63,860 nucleotides of DNA, from positions 1 to 63,860 of the IMG/VR virus record IMGVR_UViG_3300042881_000493; one strand, given 5' to 3'. Below the pieces are notes generated by a model. That model saw only the letters and a program-made list of their open reading frames with translations. It did no database searches and was not told the DNA's origin. Position numbers and translations under genes: made by a program. How positions within the stretch are numbered: the first letter of the stretch is position 1; each line of letters begins with the position of its first letter. This DNA is from a virus. Lineage: Duplodnaviria; Caudoviricetes. This document shows positions 9,227 through 19,055 of this stretch, one piece after another.

Positions 9227-10357
9227 ATGTCTATAAGACAAATGTTTCCGGGGAGTATTGTTAAGCCGGGGTTTAATCCTCTAGCGGTTCAGACACCTAT
9301 CTATACTTACAATTTGTACGGTTGGGGCGATAACTCTTATGGTCAATTAGGATTGGGCAATATAACTAATCGCTCTTCTCCTAATCAAGTCGGTGCTTTG
9401 ACTGATTGGTTAAGCATTGTTACTAGATACAGCACATTGGCTTTAAAAACTAACGGGACAATTTGGGCTTGGGGTAGGAATCAAGCAGGCCAATTGGGAC
9501 TTGGTAACACTACCTACTATTCATCTCCAAAACAAGTCGGTTCTTTAACAACTTGGTCTGTTGTGGCAACTATTAACAATGCGTCTATGGCATTAAAGTC
9601 TGATGGAACACTATGGACATGGGGTGGTAATAGTTTTGGCGCATTAGGTCTTGGCGATACTATATCTAGGTCTAGCCCAGTACAAGTTGGAGCTTTGACC
9701 AATTGGGCAAAGATTTCTACAGGTGCAAATTTTGGTGGTTTTGCAATTACAACTAGTGGCGCTTTGTATGGCTGGGGTTACAACACTTCAGGTGCATTAG
9801 GGTTGGGTAATGTCACCAACTATTCGTCACCTAAGCAGGTCGGTTCATTAACTAATTGGTCATCTGTTGTATCTGGAATACAAAACACTTACGCAATTAA
9901 AACAGATGGCACATTTTGGGCTTGGGGTAACGGTAACTATGGGGCATTAGGTCTTGGTAACTCAACATATTATTCCAGCCCAAAACAAGTCGGAGCTTTG
10001 ACCAATTGGTTGCAAGTTTCGGCATCGGAATATTCTGCATTAGCTGTTAAAACTGACGGTACATTATGGTCTTGGGGAGATGGTGGTTCAGGCGTTTTGG
10101 GTTTAGGTAATACAAGCAATTACAACTCTCCCAAGCAGGTTGGTGCTTTAACTGCATGGACTGCTGTAAGGCTTGGTAAAAACTTTGCTATTGCTTCTAA
10201 AACAGACGGAACTATTTGGACTTGGGGAAATAATACTTTAGGTGAATTAGGTTTAGGCAATACAACCAACAGAAGTTCCCCAGTACAAGTAGGAGCACTT
10301 GCCACTTGGGGCTATATTACTGCTGGCGCTCAATCAACTTTTGCCCTAGCTTTCTAA
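9227..10357 (+). CDS. RCC1/BLIP-II-like beta-propeller repeat protein (type A1)
   Basis: About 7 repeats of DGTLWxWGxNxxGQLGLG...SSPKQVG; N-terminal KPGFNPLA. Confidence 0.9.
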   Translation: MSIRQMFPGSIVKPGFNPLAVQTPIYTYNLYGWGDNSYGQLGLGNITNRSSPNQVGALTDWLSIVTRYSTLALKTNGTIWAWGRNQAGQLGLGNTTYYSSPKQVGSLTTWSVVATINNASMALKSDGTLWTWGGNSFGALGLGDTISRSSPVQVGALTNWAKISTGANFGGFAITTSGALYGWGYNTSGALGLGNVTNYSSPKQVGSLTNWSSVVSGIQNTYAIKTDGTFWAWGNGNYGALGLGNSTYYSSPKQVGALTNWLQVSASEYSALAVKTDGTLWSWGDGGSGVLGLGNTSNYNSPKQVGALTAWTAVRLGKNFAIASKTDGTIWTWGNNTLGELGLGNTTNRSSPVQVGALATWGYITAGAQSTFALAF

Positions 10358-10366
10358 GAGACAACT

Positions 10367-11521
10367 ATGCCAGTAACAATCCCCGGCGTTCAATACTCAG
10401 GCATCTGGACAATGCAACAGGTGAATGCCGCTATTGCGGCTGGGACTTGGCCTGTCGGTAGCCCCCAATTTCTTTGGGGCTGGGGAACAAATAATTATGG
10501 TCAACTTGGACTTGGCAATACAACTTATTCGTTTTCATCACCGCAACAAGTTGGTTCATTGGCTACATGGAAAAGTGTAACTAGTAAATACTTTAATACA
10601 ACAGCTTTAAAATCAGACGGCACTCTTTGGGCTTGGGGCTATAATCAATACGGGGTTTTAGGGCTTGGTAACACAACAGATTATTCATCACCTAAACAGG
10701 TTGGTGCTTTGACTGCTTGGTCTAAAATTCGTAATGGGGCATATCACACTCTAGCCATAAAAACAGACGGCTCTCTTTGGGCATGGGGATACAATGCTTT
10801 TGGGCAACTTGGTTTGGGTAATACAACCAATCGATCTTCTCCCGTCCAAGTAGGTTTATTAACTGATTGGCTTGAAATAGGCGCTGGCAATTACAACACC
10901 CTTGCTGTTAAAACAAATGGCACTCTTTGGGCTTGGGGTTACAACGCTAACGGAAATCTTGGTTTAGGTAACCTCACATATTATTCATCCCCAAAACAAG
11001 TTGGCGCTTTAACAAACTGGGCTACTGTTGCAGGCGGATTTTATTTTTCTTTAGCCGTTAAAACAGATGGAACACTTTGGTCTTGGGGAGGTAACAACCA
11101 AGGTCAATTAGGTTTGGGCGATCAAACTTACAGATCATCTCCTGTTCAAGTTGGCGCTTTAACTACTTGGTACAATATTTCGGGTGGCAATACTTTTACT
11201 GTTGCGACTAAAACAAATGGCACATTGTGGTCATGGGGCCGAAACAATTTGGGGCAATTAGGTTTAGGTACTACTAGCTATTATTCTGCTTCTCCTAACC
11301 AAATAGGTTCTTTAACAACTTGGTTAAACATAGCTAATGGTTACAGTTTTGCTATTGCTACACAAACAAGCGGCGCTCTTTATGCTTGGGGGCGTAACAA
11401 TTCTGGACAATTAGGTCAAGGTGACACGGTAAATCGTTCTTCTCCAACTCAAGTTGGTGCATTAACTACTTGGACAACAATTGGTGCTGGGATACATTTT
11501 CCATTGGCAATCAAAGGATAA
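10367..11521 (+). CDS. RCC1-like beta-propeller repeat protein (type B1)
   Basis: RCC1 repeats; N-terminal GVQYSGIW...TWP. Confidence 0.9.
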   Translation: MPVTIPGVQYSGIWTMQQVNAAIAAGTWPVGSPQFLWGWGTNNYGQLGLGNTTYSFSSPQQVGSLATWKSVTSKYFNTTALKSDGTLWAWGYNQYGVLGLGNTTDYSSPKQVGALTAWSKIRNGAYHTLAIKTDGSLWAWGYNAFGQLGLGNTTNRSSPVQVGLLTDWLEIGAGNYNTLAVKTNGTLWAWGYNANGNLGLGNLTYYSSPKQVGALTNWATVAGGFYFSLAVKTDGTLWSWGGNNQGQLGLGDQTYRSSPVQVGALTTWYNISGGNTFTVATKTNGTLWSWGRNNLGQLGLGTTSYYSASPNQIGSLTTWLNIANGYSFAIATQTSGALYAWGRNNSGQLGQGDTVNRSSPTQVGALTTWTTIGAGIHFPLAIKG

Positions 11522-11528
11522 TAACTGC

Positions 11529-13307
11529 ATGAACAAAACACTGCACTTCCTCTCTGGCATTCCTCGTTCTGGCTCGACAGTCCTTGCGGCTATCCTGAAC
11601 CAGAACCCAATGACTCATGTATCCACCACATCTGGGCTTGTCCACGCCCTTGATGGGCTTGCCAACACATGGCATTCGGCTGGCTTGCTGAACGAAAACG
11701 ACCCGGAGAGAACAAAGTTAGCGCAGACCATGCGCGGGGCAATTGATGCGTTCTACGAAGACACTGACAAGCCTGTCATCATCGACAAGTCCCGTGGCTG
11801 GCCTATTGGTCAAATTATGGGTGCTATGTCGCAGGTGCTAGGTCGTCAGCCTAAGATCATTGCTACTGTTCGCTCAGTGCCTGACTGCGCCGCCAGCTTC
11901 ATTCGTGTAGCAAAACCCACAGACCTAGACGAATTCATGGCAACTGGTCAACTGATGGATCACCTCAAAGCCGCTTACATCTCCCTCCAGAATGGCTACG
12001 AGTACGCACCAGAGAACTTCCTATTTGTTGAGTATGAAGACCTGTTAGCTGACCCCAAAGCGCAGTTAGCCCGTATCCATGAGTTCTTGGGTCTGCCTGA
12101 GTTTGCCTACGACTTCAACAACATTGATGGCTCAAGCGTAGCTGAAGATGATGAAAACTTGCACGGTCACGCAGGGATGCACGATGTCAAGCCTGTATTG
12201 GCGGCGCAGCATAAGCAAGACCCCCGCGACCTGCTGAAGCACCACTACTCAGCTTTCTGTCAGCCTGAGTTCTGGCTTGAGCGTCCACGCACAGTTCCTG
12301 AGTTGCATGACCTAGACCTACAGCTTGCCGCATCCACAATGGGTGACTTTGCTGAAGGCTGGAGACTGGCCCAAAAGTTAGAAGCTGAAGAGCCTAGCAA
12401 CCACCGAGCCGCCTATAACCGTGGCTGGTACTTACTGCGTCAAGGTCAAATCCAAAAGGGCTACGGCTTGATGGACAGAGGCCGTATCGTAGGTGTCTTT
12501 GGTAACTCACGACCTGATGTGCCTACACCCCAGTGGGATGGCAAGACAAAGGGTACGGTCATGCTGTATCTGGAAGGCGGTCTGGGCGATCAGATTCACC
12601 AGATTCGTTATGCCAAGCTAATCGCAGAGCGTGGCTGTAAGGTGGTGGTGTCTTGTACTGGCCCACTAGCATCATTGTTCCAAGGCGTAGAAGGCGTATC
12701 AGCCGTTGTTCAGCACGAGGCTACCTTTGGTATCTACCACGACTTCTTTGTGTCTGGAATGTCTGCTGTAGTGCCTCTAGGCTTAGAACTCCGTGACCTG
12801 TCTGGTGCGCCATACCTTGAGAAGCCAATGTCAATCAAAGGTCGCAAAAAACGCATCGGTCTGCGCTGGCAGGGCAACAGTAAGTTTGAGCACGAACACA
12901 ATAAGAAATTCCCTTATGAACTCATGTTTGAGGCGGTAAAGGATATTGATGCTGAGTTTGTTTCCCTTCAAAGAGATGAAGGAATGGAAGCGTGTCCAGC
13001 TTGGGTTAAGCAAGTCCCCTTGAATACTTGGCAAGATACCCAGCAAGCTGTAGCAAGTTGCGATCTGGTCATCTCAGCTTGTACCAGCGTGTCACACCTA
13101 TCGTCTGCCATGGGCGTAGAAACTTGGGTAATAACGCCTGTAATGCCATACTTTTTGTATTCCATGGACGGCGACAAAACACCATATTACGATAGCATGA
13201 GACTGTTTAGGCAAGAAGTTTACGGCGATTGGACGCATCCGTTCTTGTCAGTTAAAGCAACTTTGATTAAAATGTTTGGGCAACCTAAACTAAGGAATGT
13301 GGCGTGA
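11529..13307 (+). CDS. Fusion: PAPS-dependent sulfotransferase + TPR-like segment + GT9 (heptosyltransferase-like) domain
   Basis: GIPRSGST 5'-PSB loop, IIDKSRGW, VEYEDL; RAAYNRGWYLL TPR-like; EGGLGDQI and CDLVISACTSVSHLSSAMG GT9-like motifs. Confidence 0.8.
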   Translation: MNKTLHFLSGIPRSGSTVLAAILNQNPMTHVSTTSGLVHALDGLANTWHSAGLLNENDPERTKLAQTMRGAIDAFYEDTDKPVIIDKSRGWPIGQIMGAMSQVLGRQPKIIATVRSVPDCAASFIRVAKPTDLDEFMATGQLMDHLKAAYISLQNGYEYAPENFLFVEYEDLLADPKAQLARIHEFLGLPEFAYDFNNIDGSSVAEDDENLHGHAGMHDVKPVLAAQHKQDPRDLLKHHYSAFCQPEFWLERPRTVPELHDLDLQLAASTMGDFAEGWRLAQKLEAEEPSNHRAAYNRGWYLLRQGQIQKGYGLMDRGRIVGVFGNSRPDVPTPQWDGKTKGTVMLYLEGGLGDQIHQIRYAKLIAERGCKVVVSCTGPLASLFQGVEGVSAVVQHEATFGIYHDFFVSGMSAVVPLGLELRDLSGAPYLEKPMSIKGRKKRIGLRWQGNSKFEHEHNKKFPYELMFEAVKDIDAEFVSLQRDEGMEACPAWVKQVPLNTWQDTQQAVASCDLVISACTSVSHLSSAMGVETWVITPVMPYFLYSMDGDKTPYYDSMRLFRQEVYGDWTHPFLSVKATLIKMFGQPKLRNVA

Positions 13308-13858
13308 CTGAAGAATCTTGCACCGTGTATGAGATTGCCAACCAGTTGGATGGCATGAAATACTTTGGTGTAACAAAAAATCCACACAAACGGTTTATTT
13401 ACCATTGTGCAAAATCAAAAACTAAATCGTACATTTCTCATGCAATAGCAAGACATGGGAAAGAAAACTTCCAAATAAAAGTGCTTCTGGTAAGCAACCG
13501 CAGGTACTGCTTGGAAATGGAAGCAAAACTTATCAAAGCGTACAACACAGTTGCACCAAATGGGTATAACATTTGTGGTGGTGGTGAAGGCCCAGTTGCT
13601 TCATTATTTGGCGATAAGAATCCAATGTTTGGCAGAAAACAAAAGCCAGAATCAGTTGCCAAAAGCAGGGCTGGTGTTTTGGGTTCAAACAATTATTTAG
13701 CTAAAGAGTTTGTGGCTACCGACCCTACTGGTAAACAATACACTGGCAAGGGCTTGGCGCTTTTTTGTTTGGAATATGGTTTGCATACTTCCAATATGGC
13801 GCAAGTGGCTAGGGGTTTGCGGAATCATAGCAAAGGCTGGAAGGTTCAATATGTTTAA
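13304..13858 (+). CDS. Freestanding GIY-YIG homing endonuclease with a NUMOD3-like segment
   Basis: VYEIAN...KYFGVT, PNGYN, GDKNPMFGRKQ; GTG start overlapping the upstream stop. Confidence 0.85.
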   Translation: MTEESCTVYEIANQLDGMKYFGVTKNPHKRFIYHCAKSKTKSYISHAIARHGKENFQIKVLLVSNRRYCLEMEAKLIKAYNTVAPNGYNICGGGEGPVASLFGDKNPMFGRKQKPESVAKSRAGVLGSNNYLAKEFVATDPTGKQYTGKGLALFCLEYGLHTSNMAQVARGLRNHSKGWKVQYV

Positions 13859-13891
13859 TCTGTCTAACAAGCCAGCATTGAGGAGTGTAGC

Positions 13892-15010
13892 GTGAGCTTT
13901 AGATACGCCGCTGGGATAAACAAGCCGGGGTTCAACCCGCTGGCGGCTCAGACAAGCACTCTTCAAACTACGCTGTTTAGCTGGGGGTATAACACCCAAG
14001 GTCAGTTAGGTTTAGGAAATGTTACCTATTATTCCTCTCCAAAACAAATAGGCTCTTTAACTAATTGGGCTACTGTATCTAACGGAACAAACTTTAGTAC
14101 AGCAATTAAAAGAGATGGCACATTTTGGGCTTGGGGTTTAAACAGCAATGGGCAACTTGGCGTAGGAAATACAACCAGTTACTCTAGTCCAAAACAAATT
14201 GGCGCTTTAACTACTTGGTCTAAAACTGCTGGTGGTTTTACTCATGTCCTTGCAATTAAAACAGACGGAACTCTGTGGGCATGGGGTGATAATGCTCAAG
14301 GTCAATTAGGCGACGGCACTACAACTCAACGAAACTCTCCCGTTCAAATTGGCGCGTTGACTATATGGTCAAACATTGCAGGGGGTAGTGATTTTTCAAT
14401 AGCTACTCAAACCAACGGTACGCTTTGGAGTTGGGGTCGTAGCACCTATGGCCAACTTGGACTTGGGAACACTACTAGTTACTCCTCTCCTAAACAAATT
14501 GGTGCATTAACGGCATGGTCTAAAGTAACCACTGGAAACATTTATGCCCTTGCCGTTAAAACTGATGGTACTTTATGGTCTTGGGGTTATAACAACTATG
14601 GTCAACTTGGTGTTGGCAACACCACCAACTATTCTTCCCCCAAACAAATTGGTGCGTTAACCACTTGGTCTACCATTGATGCTGGCTGGGCTTTTGCTCT
14701 TGCCGTTACAACAGGCGGCGCTCTTTATGCTTGGGGTGAGAACGGAACGGGTCAACTAGGTCAAGGTAACTTTACTGATAGATCATCTCCAAATCAAATA
14801 GGTGCACTTACTACATGGGCAGTCCCCGCTGGTGGCAGGGCACACAGTCTTGCCACTACAACAGGGGGAGAGCTTTGGTCATGGGGTCAAAATACTTACG
14901 GTGAGCTTGGTCTAGGTAGTACAGCAATAAAACTTTCTCCTAATCAAGTAGGGTCAAATACTACTTGGCTTATTGTGGCGTGTGGTCAATATCACACAAC
15001 AGCGGGATAG
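13892..15010 (+). CDS. RCC1-like beta-propeller repeat protein (type A2)
   Basis: GTG start with AGGAG RBS; KPGFNPLA leader; RCC1 repeats. Confidence 0.9.
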   Translation: MSFRYAAGINKPGFNPLAAQTSTLQTTLFSWGYNTQGQLGLGNVTYYSSPKQIGSLTNWATVSNGTNFSTAIKRDGTFWAWGLNSNGQLGVGNTTSYSSPKQIGALTTWSKTAGGFTHVLAIKTDGTLWAWGDNAQGQLGDGTTTQRNSPVQIGALTIWSNIAGGSDFSIATQTNGTLWSWGRSTYGQLGLGNTTSYSSPKQIGALTAWSKVTTGNIYALAVKTDGTLWSWGYNNYGQLGVGNTTNYSSPKQIGALTTWSTIDAGWAFALAVTTGGALYAWGENGTGQLGQGNFTDRSSPNQIGALTTWAVPAGGRAHSLATTTGGELWSWGQNTYGELGLGSTAIKLSPNQVGSNTTWLIVACGQYHTTAG

Positions 15011-15014
15011 AACT

Positions 15015-16172
15015 ATGGCAACTACAACAGTCGTATCAGGCGTTCAATACTCAGGTATCTGGAACATCAGCAGTCAAGCCAATGCTAAGGCGGCAAATAC
15101 TTGGCCTGTCCCTCCTTCTCCAGCTTTGTTTACATGGGGGGCTGGTGCATTTGGTGTTTTAGGTTTAGGAAACACAACTAATTATTCATCCCCTAAACAA
15201 GTTGGCTTATTAAAAGCGTGGTTAAATTTAGCAAGTGGTGCATCCCATGTAATATCAAGCAAAGAGGATGGGACTCTTTGGGCGTGGGGCAGAAATAATT
15301 CAGGCCAACTTGGTGTAGGAGACACTGCTAATAAATCATCACCAACTCAAATTGGCGCGTTAACAACTTGGTTAAAAGTTGCGGCGGGTGGATATTCATC
15401 ATATGCAATAAAAACTGATGGAACTTTATGGTCTTGGGGTAGTAATAGCGCAGGCCAATTAGGTCTTGGCAATATAACCTACTACTCAAGTCCCAAACAG
15501 ATTGGTGCTTTAACTACTTGGTTATCAATTGCTAGTGGTTTTTACACTGCAATTGCAATTAAAACTGACGGAACATTGTGGTCTTGGGGAAATAATACTT
15601 ATGGACAACTTGGTATTGGCAATACATCTGTTAGGTCATCCCCAGTTCAAGTTGGCGTTTTAACTAATTGGCTTAATATTGCAAGTGGTAAATATTACAC
15701 TTTATCTGTAAAAACAGATGGAACACTGTGGTCTTGGGGTCAAAATAACTCAGGACAGTTAGGTCTTGGAAATACAACTGCATACTCGTCACCTAAACAA
15801 GTTGGCGCATTAACTGCTTGGAATATTGTAGCTAGTAAAGAAAATCATGGTTTATCCATTAAAACTGATGGTTCATTGTGGTCATGGGGTGTTAATGGTA
15901 ATGGACAACTTGGTCTTGGAGATAGCGCAAATCGGTCATCCCCAGTTCAAGTTGGCGCTTTAACTAATTGGTTAAAAATAACAGGTGGTCAATATCAATC
16001 TTTATCAATTAAAACGGATGGCACTCTGTGGTCATGGGGAGATGGTGGTGGTGGAAGACTTGGATTGGGAAATACTACCCAGTACAACTCACCAAAACAA
16101 GTTGGAGCATTAACTAATTGGGCCGTTGTTTCAACTGGTACAACTGCAACTGTTGCAACTGCATACCTTTAA
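15015..16172 (+). CDS. RCC1-like beta-propeller repeat protein (type B2)
   Basis: ATG 15015; GVQYSGIW...TWP leader; RCC1 repeats. Confidence 0.9.
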   Translation: MATTTVVSGVQYSGIWNISSQANAKAANTWPVPPSPALFTWGAGAFGVLGLGNTTNYSSPKQVGLLKAWLNLASGASHVISSKEDGTLWAWGRNNSGQLGVGDTANKSSPTQIGALTTWLKVAAGGYSSYAIKTDGTLWSWGSNSAGQLGLGNITYYSSPKQIGALTTWLSIASGFYTAIAIKTDGTLWSWGNNTYGQLGIGNTSVRSSPVQVGVLTNWLNIASGKYYTLSVKTDGTLWSWGQNNSGQLGLGNTTAYSSPKQVGALTAWNIVASKENHGLSIKTDGSLWSWGVNGNGQLGLGDSANRSSPVQVGALTNWLKITGGQYQSLSIKTDGTLWSWGDGGGGRLGLGNTTQYNSPKQVGALTNWAVVSTGTTATVATAYL

Positions 16173-16203
16173 TTTAAAATAACTTTTTAACAAGGAGTCT
16201 TAA

Positions 16204-16614
16204 ATGACACATTATGTACAAGTCCTCAATGGGGAAATCAAACAAGTCTGGGACACACCTCCCGCAGAAGGCGTAGGCAATAACGGCTGGCGCAACGCTG
16301 TGGAAGTTCGTCCTGCAATCACAGCACACCGTCAGGGCTACACTGCCCACCGCTTTGATCTGAGCACTGATCCAGTGCAGATCATTTGGGACACATACGA
16401 TATTTCTGTGGCTGACCGCAAAAACGGTATGAAATCCAACGCAGGTTTTGGATTCCAACAAGTGGTGATGGAGCAGTCCCGCCTACAGCTTTCTCCTAAC
16501 GCTAACGAGCAGTACGATGCCACAGCGGTAGAGACAGCGCGTCAGGCTATGTTGACCAAGCAAGCCGCTATCGAAGCCGCTACAACTCACGATCAATTAG
16601 ACGCTCTGCTATGA
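16204..16614 (+). CDS. Hypothetical protein, possible fibre-assembly chaperone
   Basis: AAGGAG RBS; follows the fibre/RCC1 genes; C-terminus AAIEAATTHDQLDAL. Confidence 0.5.
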   Translation: MTHYVQVLNGEIKQVWDTPPAEGVGNNGWRNAVEVRPAITAHRQGYTAHRFDLSTDPVQIIWDTYDISVADRKNGMKSNAGFGFQQVVMEQSRLQLSPNANEQYDATAVETARQAMLTKQAAIEAATTHDQLDALL

Positions 16615-17399
16615 AGCGTATTTTGATTATGGGTTTGCCCGGCGCGGGTAAGACCACCTTAGCTCAACACATCCTTGATCACTTGCAAGCAGAACGCAAG
16701 ACGGTCATGTGGCTTAACGCCGATGATGTGCGTAAGAAGTACAACGACTGGGACTTTTCCCACGAAGGCCGTATTCGTCAGAGCCTACGGATGCGTGAGC
16801 TTGCTGACAGCTACGATGTAGACTATGTGATCTGCGACTTTGTTGCTCCTCTTGTTGAGATGCGTAACAACTTTAAAGCTGACTGGACTATCTGGGTTGA
16901 CACCATCAATCAAGGTCGTTTTGAAGACACCAACAAGGTGTTCGTTCCTCCTAAAGAATATGACTTCAGGATCACCGAGCAGAAGTCTGAGAAGTGGGGT
17001 GAGTTCATTGCCGCACACATCTTGGATGACCGCCGCCGCCCTGTGTTTGACTGGCAAAAAGAAACAGTCCAGATGCTTGGCAGATGGCAACCGTGGCATG
17101 AAGGCCACCGTAAACTGTTTGAACGGGCGTTAGCTAAGACTGGTCAAGTTGTGATCCAGATCAGGGACTGCCAAGGCTGGAACGGCTCTAACCCGTTTGC
17201 CGCCAATCAGGTCAAAGAGTTTATTAGCCGTGATCTAGACCCCCTGTACCAAGGTCAGTACGAAGTTCAATTGGTTCCTAACATTGTCAACATTACCTAC
17301 GGGCGCGATGTTGGATACAAGATTGAGCAGGAATCTTTTGACGATGCTACCCACGCTATCTCGGCAACCAAGATACGCAAAGAGATGGGAATTGAATAA
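16611..17399 (+). CDS. Adenylylsulfate-kinase-like P-loop domain fused to an HxGH nucleotidyltransferase domain
   Basis: GLPGAGKTT, WLNADDVR, DFVAP; C-terminal LGRWQPWHEGH...ISATKIR. Confidence 0.75.
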   Translation: MKRILIMGLPGAGKTTLAQHILDHLQAERKTVMWLNADDVRKKYNDWDFSHEGRIRQSLRMRELADSYDVDYVICDFVAPLVEMRNNFKADWTIWVDTINQGRFEDTNKVFVPPKEYDFRITEQKSEKWGEFIAAHILDDRRRPVFDWQKETVQMLGRWQPWHEGHRKLFERALAKTGQVVIQIRDCQGWNGSNPFAANQVKEFISRDLDPLYQGQYEVQLVPNIVNITYGRDVGYKIEQESFDDATHAISATKIRKEMGIE

Positions 17400-17616
17400 G
17401 TACCATGTGCGCTTTAACACCAAGCACAATGGCTCTGACTTGGTGTGGCGTATCTTTGAGAACGGTGATGAACATCTTGCCACTGATGTAAGAATCGTTG
17501 GCGAGACTTTCACGGAATGCACTCACGAGCACGGCGAAACCAAATGGAACATTGCCTGCAAGGGTAGGCTAGTCTGGGTGGACAAAGTAGCTGTGATCGT
17601 GACTGACAAAGACTAA
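17392..17616 (+). CDS. Hypothetical protein (MNKYHVRFNTKH...)
   Basis: TTG start overlapping the upstream gene; TAATG coupling to the next gene. Confidence 0.6.
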   Translation: MNKYHVRFNTKHNGSDLVWRIFENGDEHLATDVRIVGETFTECTHEHGETKWNIACKGRLVWVDKVAVIVTDKD

Positions 17617-18056
17617 TGACTATTGTCTTCACCAATGGATGCTTTGATGTGCTCCACCGTGGGCACATCGAGTATCTAAAGCAGTCCCGTCAACTTGGGA
17701 CTAGACTGGTTGTGGGGCTGAACTCAGACGCTTCTGTTAAGAGGCTCAAGGGTGATAACAGACCTATCAACAATCAGGACGACCGCAGGGCACTGTTGCT
17801 GGCGCTCAGGTGTGTAGATCAGGTGGAAATCTTCGAGGAAGATACGCCACTAGAGTTGATCATGCGCATCAACCCTGACATCATTACCAAGGGGGGTGAC
17901 TACCAGCCTGCTCAAGTTGTGGGACACGCTGTTGTTCAGAAAACAGTTATCATTCCATTTTTAGACGGGTATTCATCAACAAGGATTATCCATGCGGTTA
18001 AAAGGAATAGTGGAGAAGGGTTGGGGTTCGGAGCTAATCTGGGCAACCAACGATAA
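17616..18056 (+). CDS. hldC: Heptose-1-phosphate adenylyltransferase (HldC / RfaE domain II)
   Basis: VFTNGCFDVLHRGH, VGLNSDASVKRLKG..RP, FEEDTP, KGGDY, YSSTRII. Confidence 0.9.
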   Translation: MTIVFTNGCFDVLHRGHIEYLKQSRQLGTRLVVGLNSDASVKRLKGDNRPINNQDDRRALLLALRCVDQVEIFEEDTPLELIMRINPDIITKGGDYQPAQVVGHAVVQKTVIIPFLDGYSSTRIIHAVKRNSGEGLGFGANLGNQR

Positions 18057-18354
18057 ATACTGCGGAAAGCTGATGACCTTTCGCAAGGGTGCTAAGTTTT
18101 CCATGCACTTCCACGCTGAGAAAGACGAGACTTGGCTAGTCCAAGGTGGTCTGTTCAAGGTCATCTGGATTGACACCAAAGATGCCAGCCGCCATGAGAA
18201 GGTTCTCAACATTGGGGACACATGGCACAACCCACCATTATTGCCACACCAGCTAGTCTGCCTAACAGCAGGTGTGATCTTGGAAGTCTCAACTGCTGAC
18301 TCCGTGGAGGATAACTACCGAGTCGAAACAGGAGACAGCCAATGCGCATCCTAG
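17992..18354 (+). CDS. Cupin-fold protein, putative sugar-phosphate isomerase
   Basis: VEKGWGSE...YCGK, SMHFHAEKDETW, PHQL, EVST..SVEDNYR. Confidence 0.75.
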   Translation: MRLKGIVEKGWGSELIWATNDKYCGKLMTFRKGAKFSMHFHAEKDETWLVQGGLFKVIWIDTKDASRHEKVLNIGDTWHNPPLLPHQLVCLTAGVILEVSTADSVEDNYRVETGDSQCAS

Positions 18355-19055
18355 TCATTGGTGACGGTTGTATCGACGAATACCGCTATGGCGAGATACG
18401 CAGGGTAAACCCTGAATCTACTGCGCCCCTCTTAAACTTTGAGAAAAGCGAAGAGAAGATGGGCATGGCGTTTAATGTTGCTCAGAACCTTCAGGCATTT
18501 GGCGCTGAAGTCACCTTGTGCGTTAGCGACGAAATATCCCGCAAGATCAGATACATTGACCGCAGGACTGGTGAGCACCTTCTGAGGGTTGATCAGGATG
18601 TGGAGGCTAAGCCCTACGACTTTGGCGTGCCCATGGAGGGGTTTGATGCCATTGTGATCTCTGACTACAACAAGGGGCATGTGCTTGACGAAGTTGTTTT
18701 GCAATTGCGCCAGCAGTTTGAGGGGCCAATCTACATGGACACCAAGAAGCGCAACTTGGCAGACTTTCCTGACATTTACATCAAGATCAACCAGCGCGAA
18801 CTGTACGACTCTACCTCACTGCCTGATTCAGAATATCTGATAGTCACCTATGGCGCTAAGGGCTGTGGATACAAGGACAAGCTATATCCTGCCAAACCTA
18901 TTGAGGTGTTGGATGTCTGCGGGGCAGGGGATGTATTCCTAGCAGCTATGGTCTATAAGCATTTAGAAACTGGCGACATGGGCCAAGCTTTGCCGTTTGC
19001 CAATGAGAAAGCGGCAATATCTTGCCAGAGCATAGGGGCTGTATGCATATCTTAA
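18342..19055 (+). CDS. hldA: Heptose-7-phosphate kinase (HldA / RfaE domain I, PfkB family)
   Basis: LVIGDGCIDEY, GMAFNVAQNL, LRVD, ISDYNKG, KINQRE, DVCGAGDVF. Confidence 0.85.
   Translation: MRILVIGDGCIDEYRYGEIRRVNPESTAPLLNFEKSEEKMGMAFNVAQNLQAFGAEVTLCVSDEISRKIRYIDRRTGEHLLRVDQDVEAKPYDFGVPMEGFDAIVISDYNKGHVLDEVVLQLRQQFEGPIYMDTKKRNLADFPDIYIKINQRELYDSTSLPDSEYLIVTYGAKGCGYKDKLYPAKPIEVLDVCGAGDVFLAAMVYKHLETGDMGQALPFANEKAAISCQSIGAVCIS

Noticed and set aside
13304-13858. GIY-YIG or HNH gene inside a group I intron
   Set aside because: Both endonucleases sit between intact genes with almost no flanking non-coding sequence to form an intron core
9227-16172. RCC1 paralogues as targets of a diversity-generating retroelement
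   Set aside because: No reverse transcriptase, and no near-identical template/variable repeat pair differing at adenines was seen
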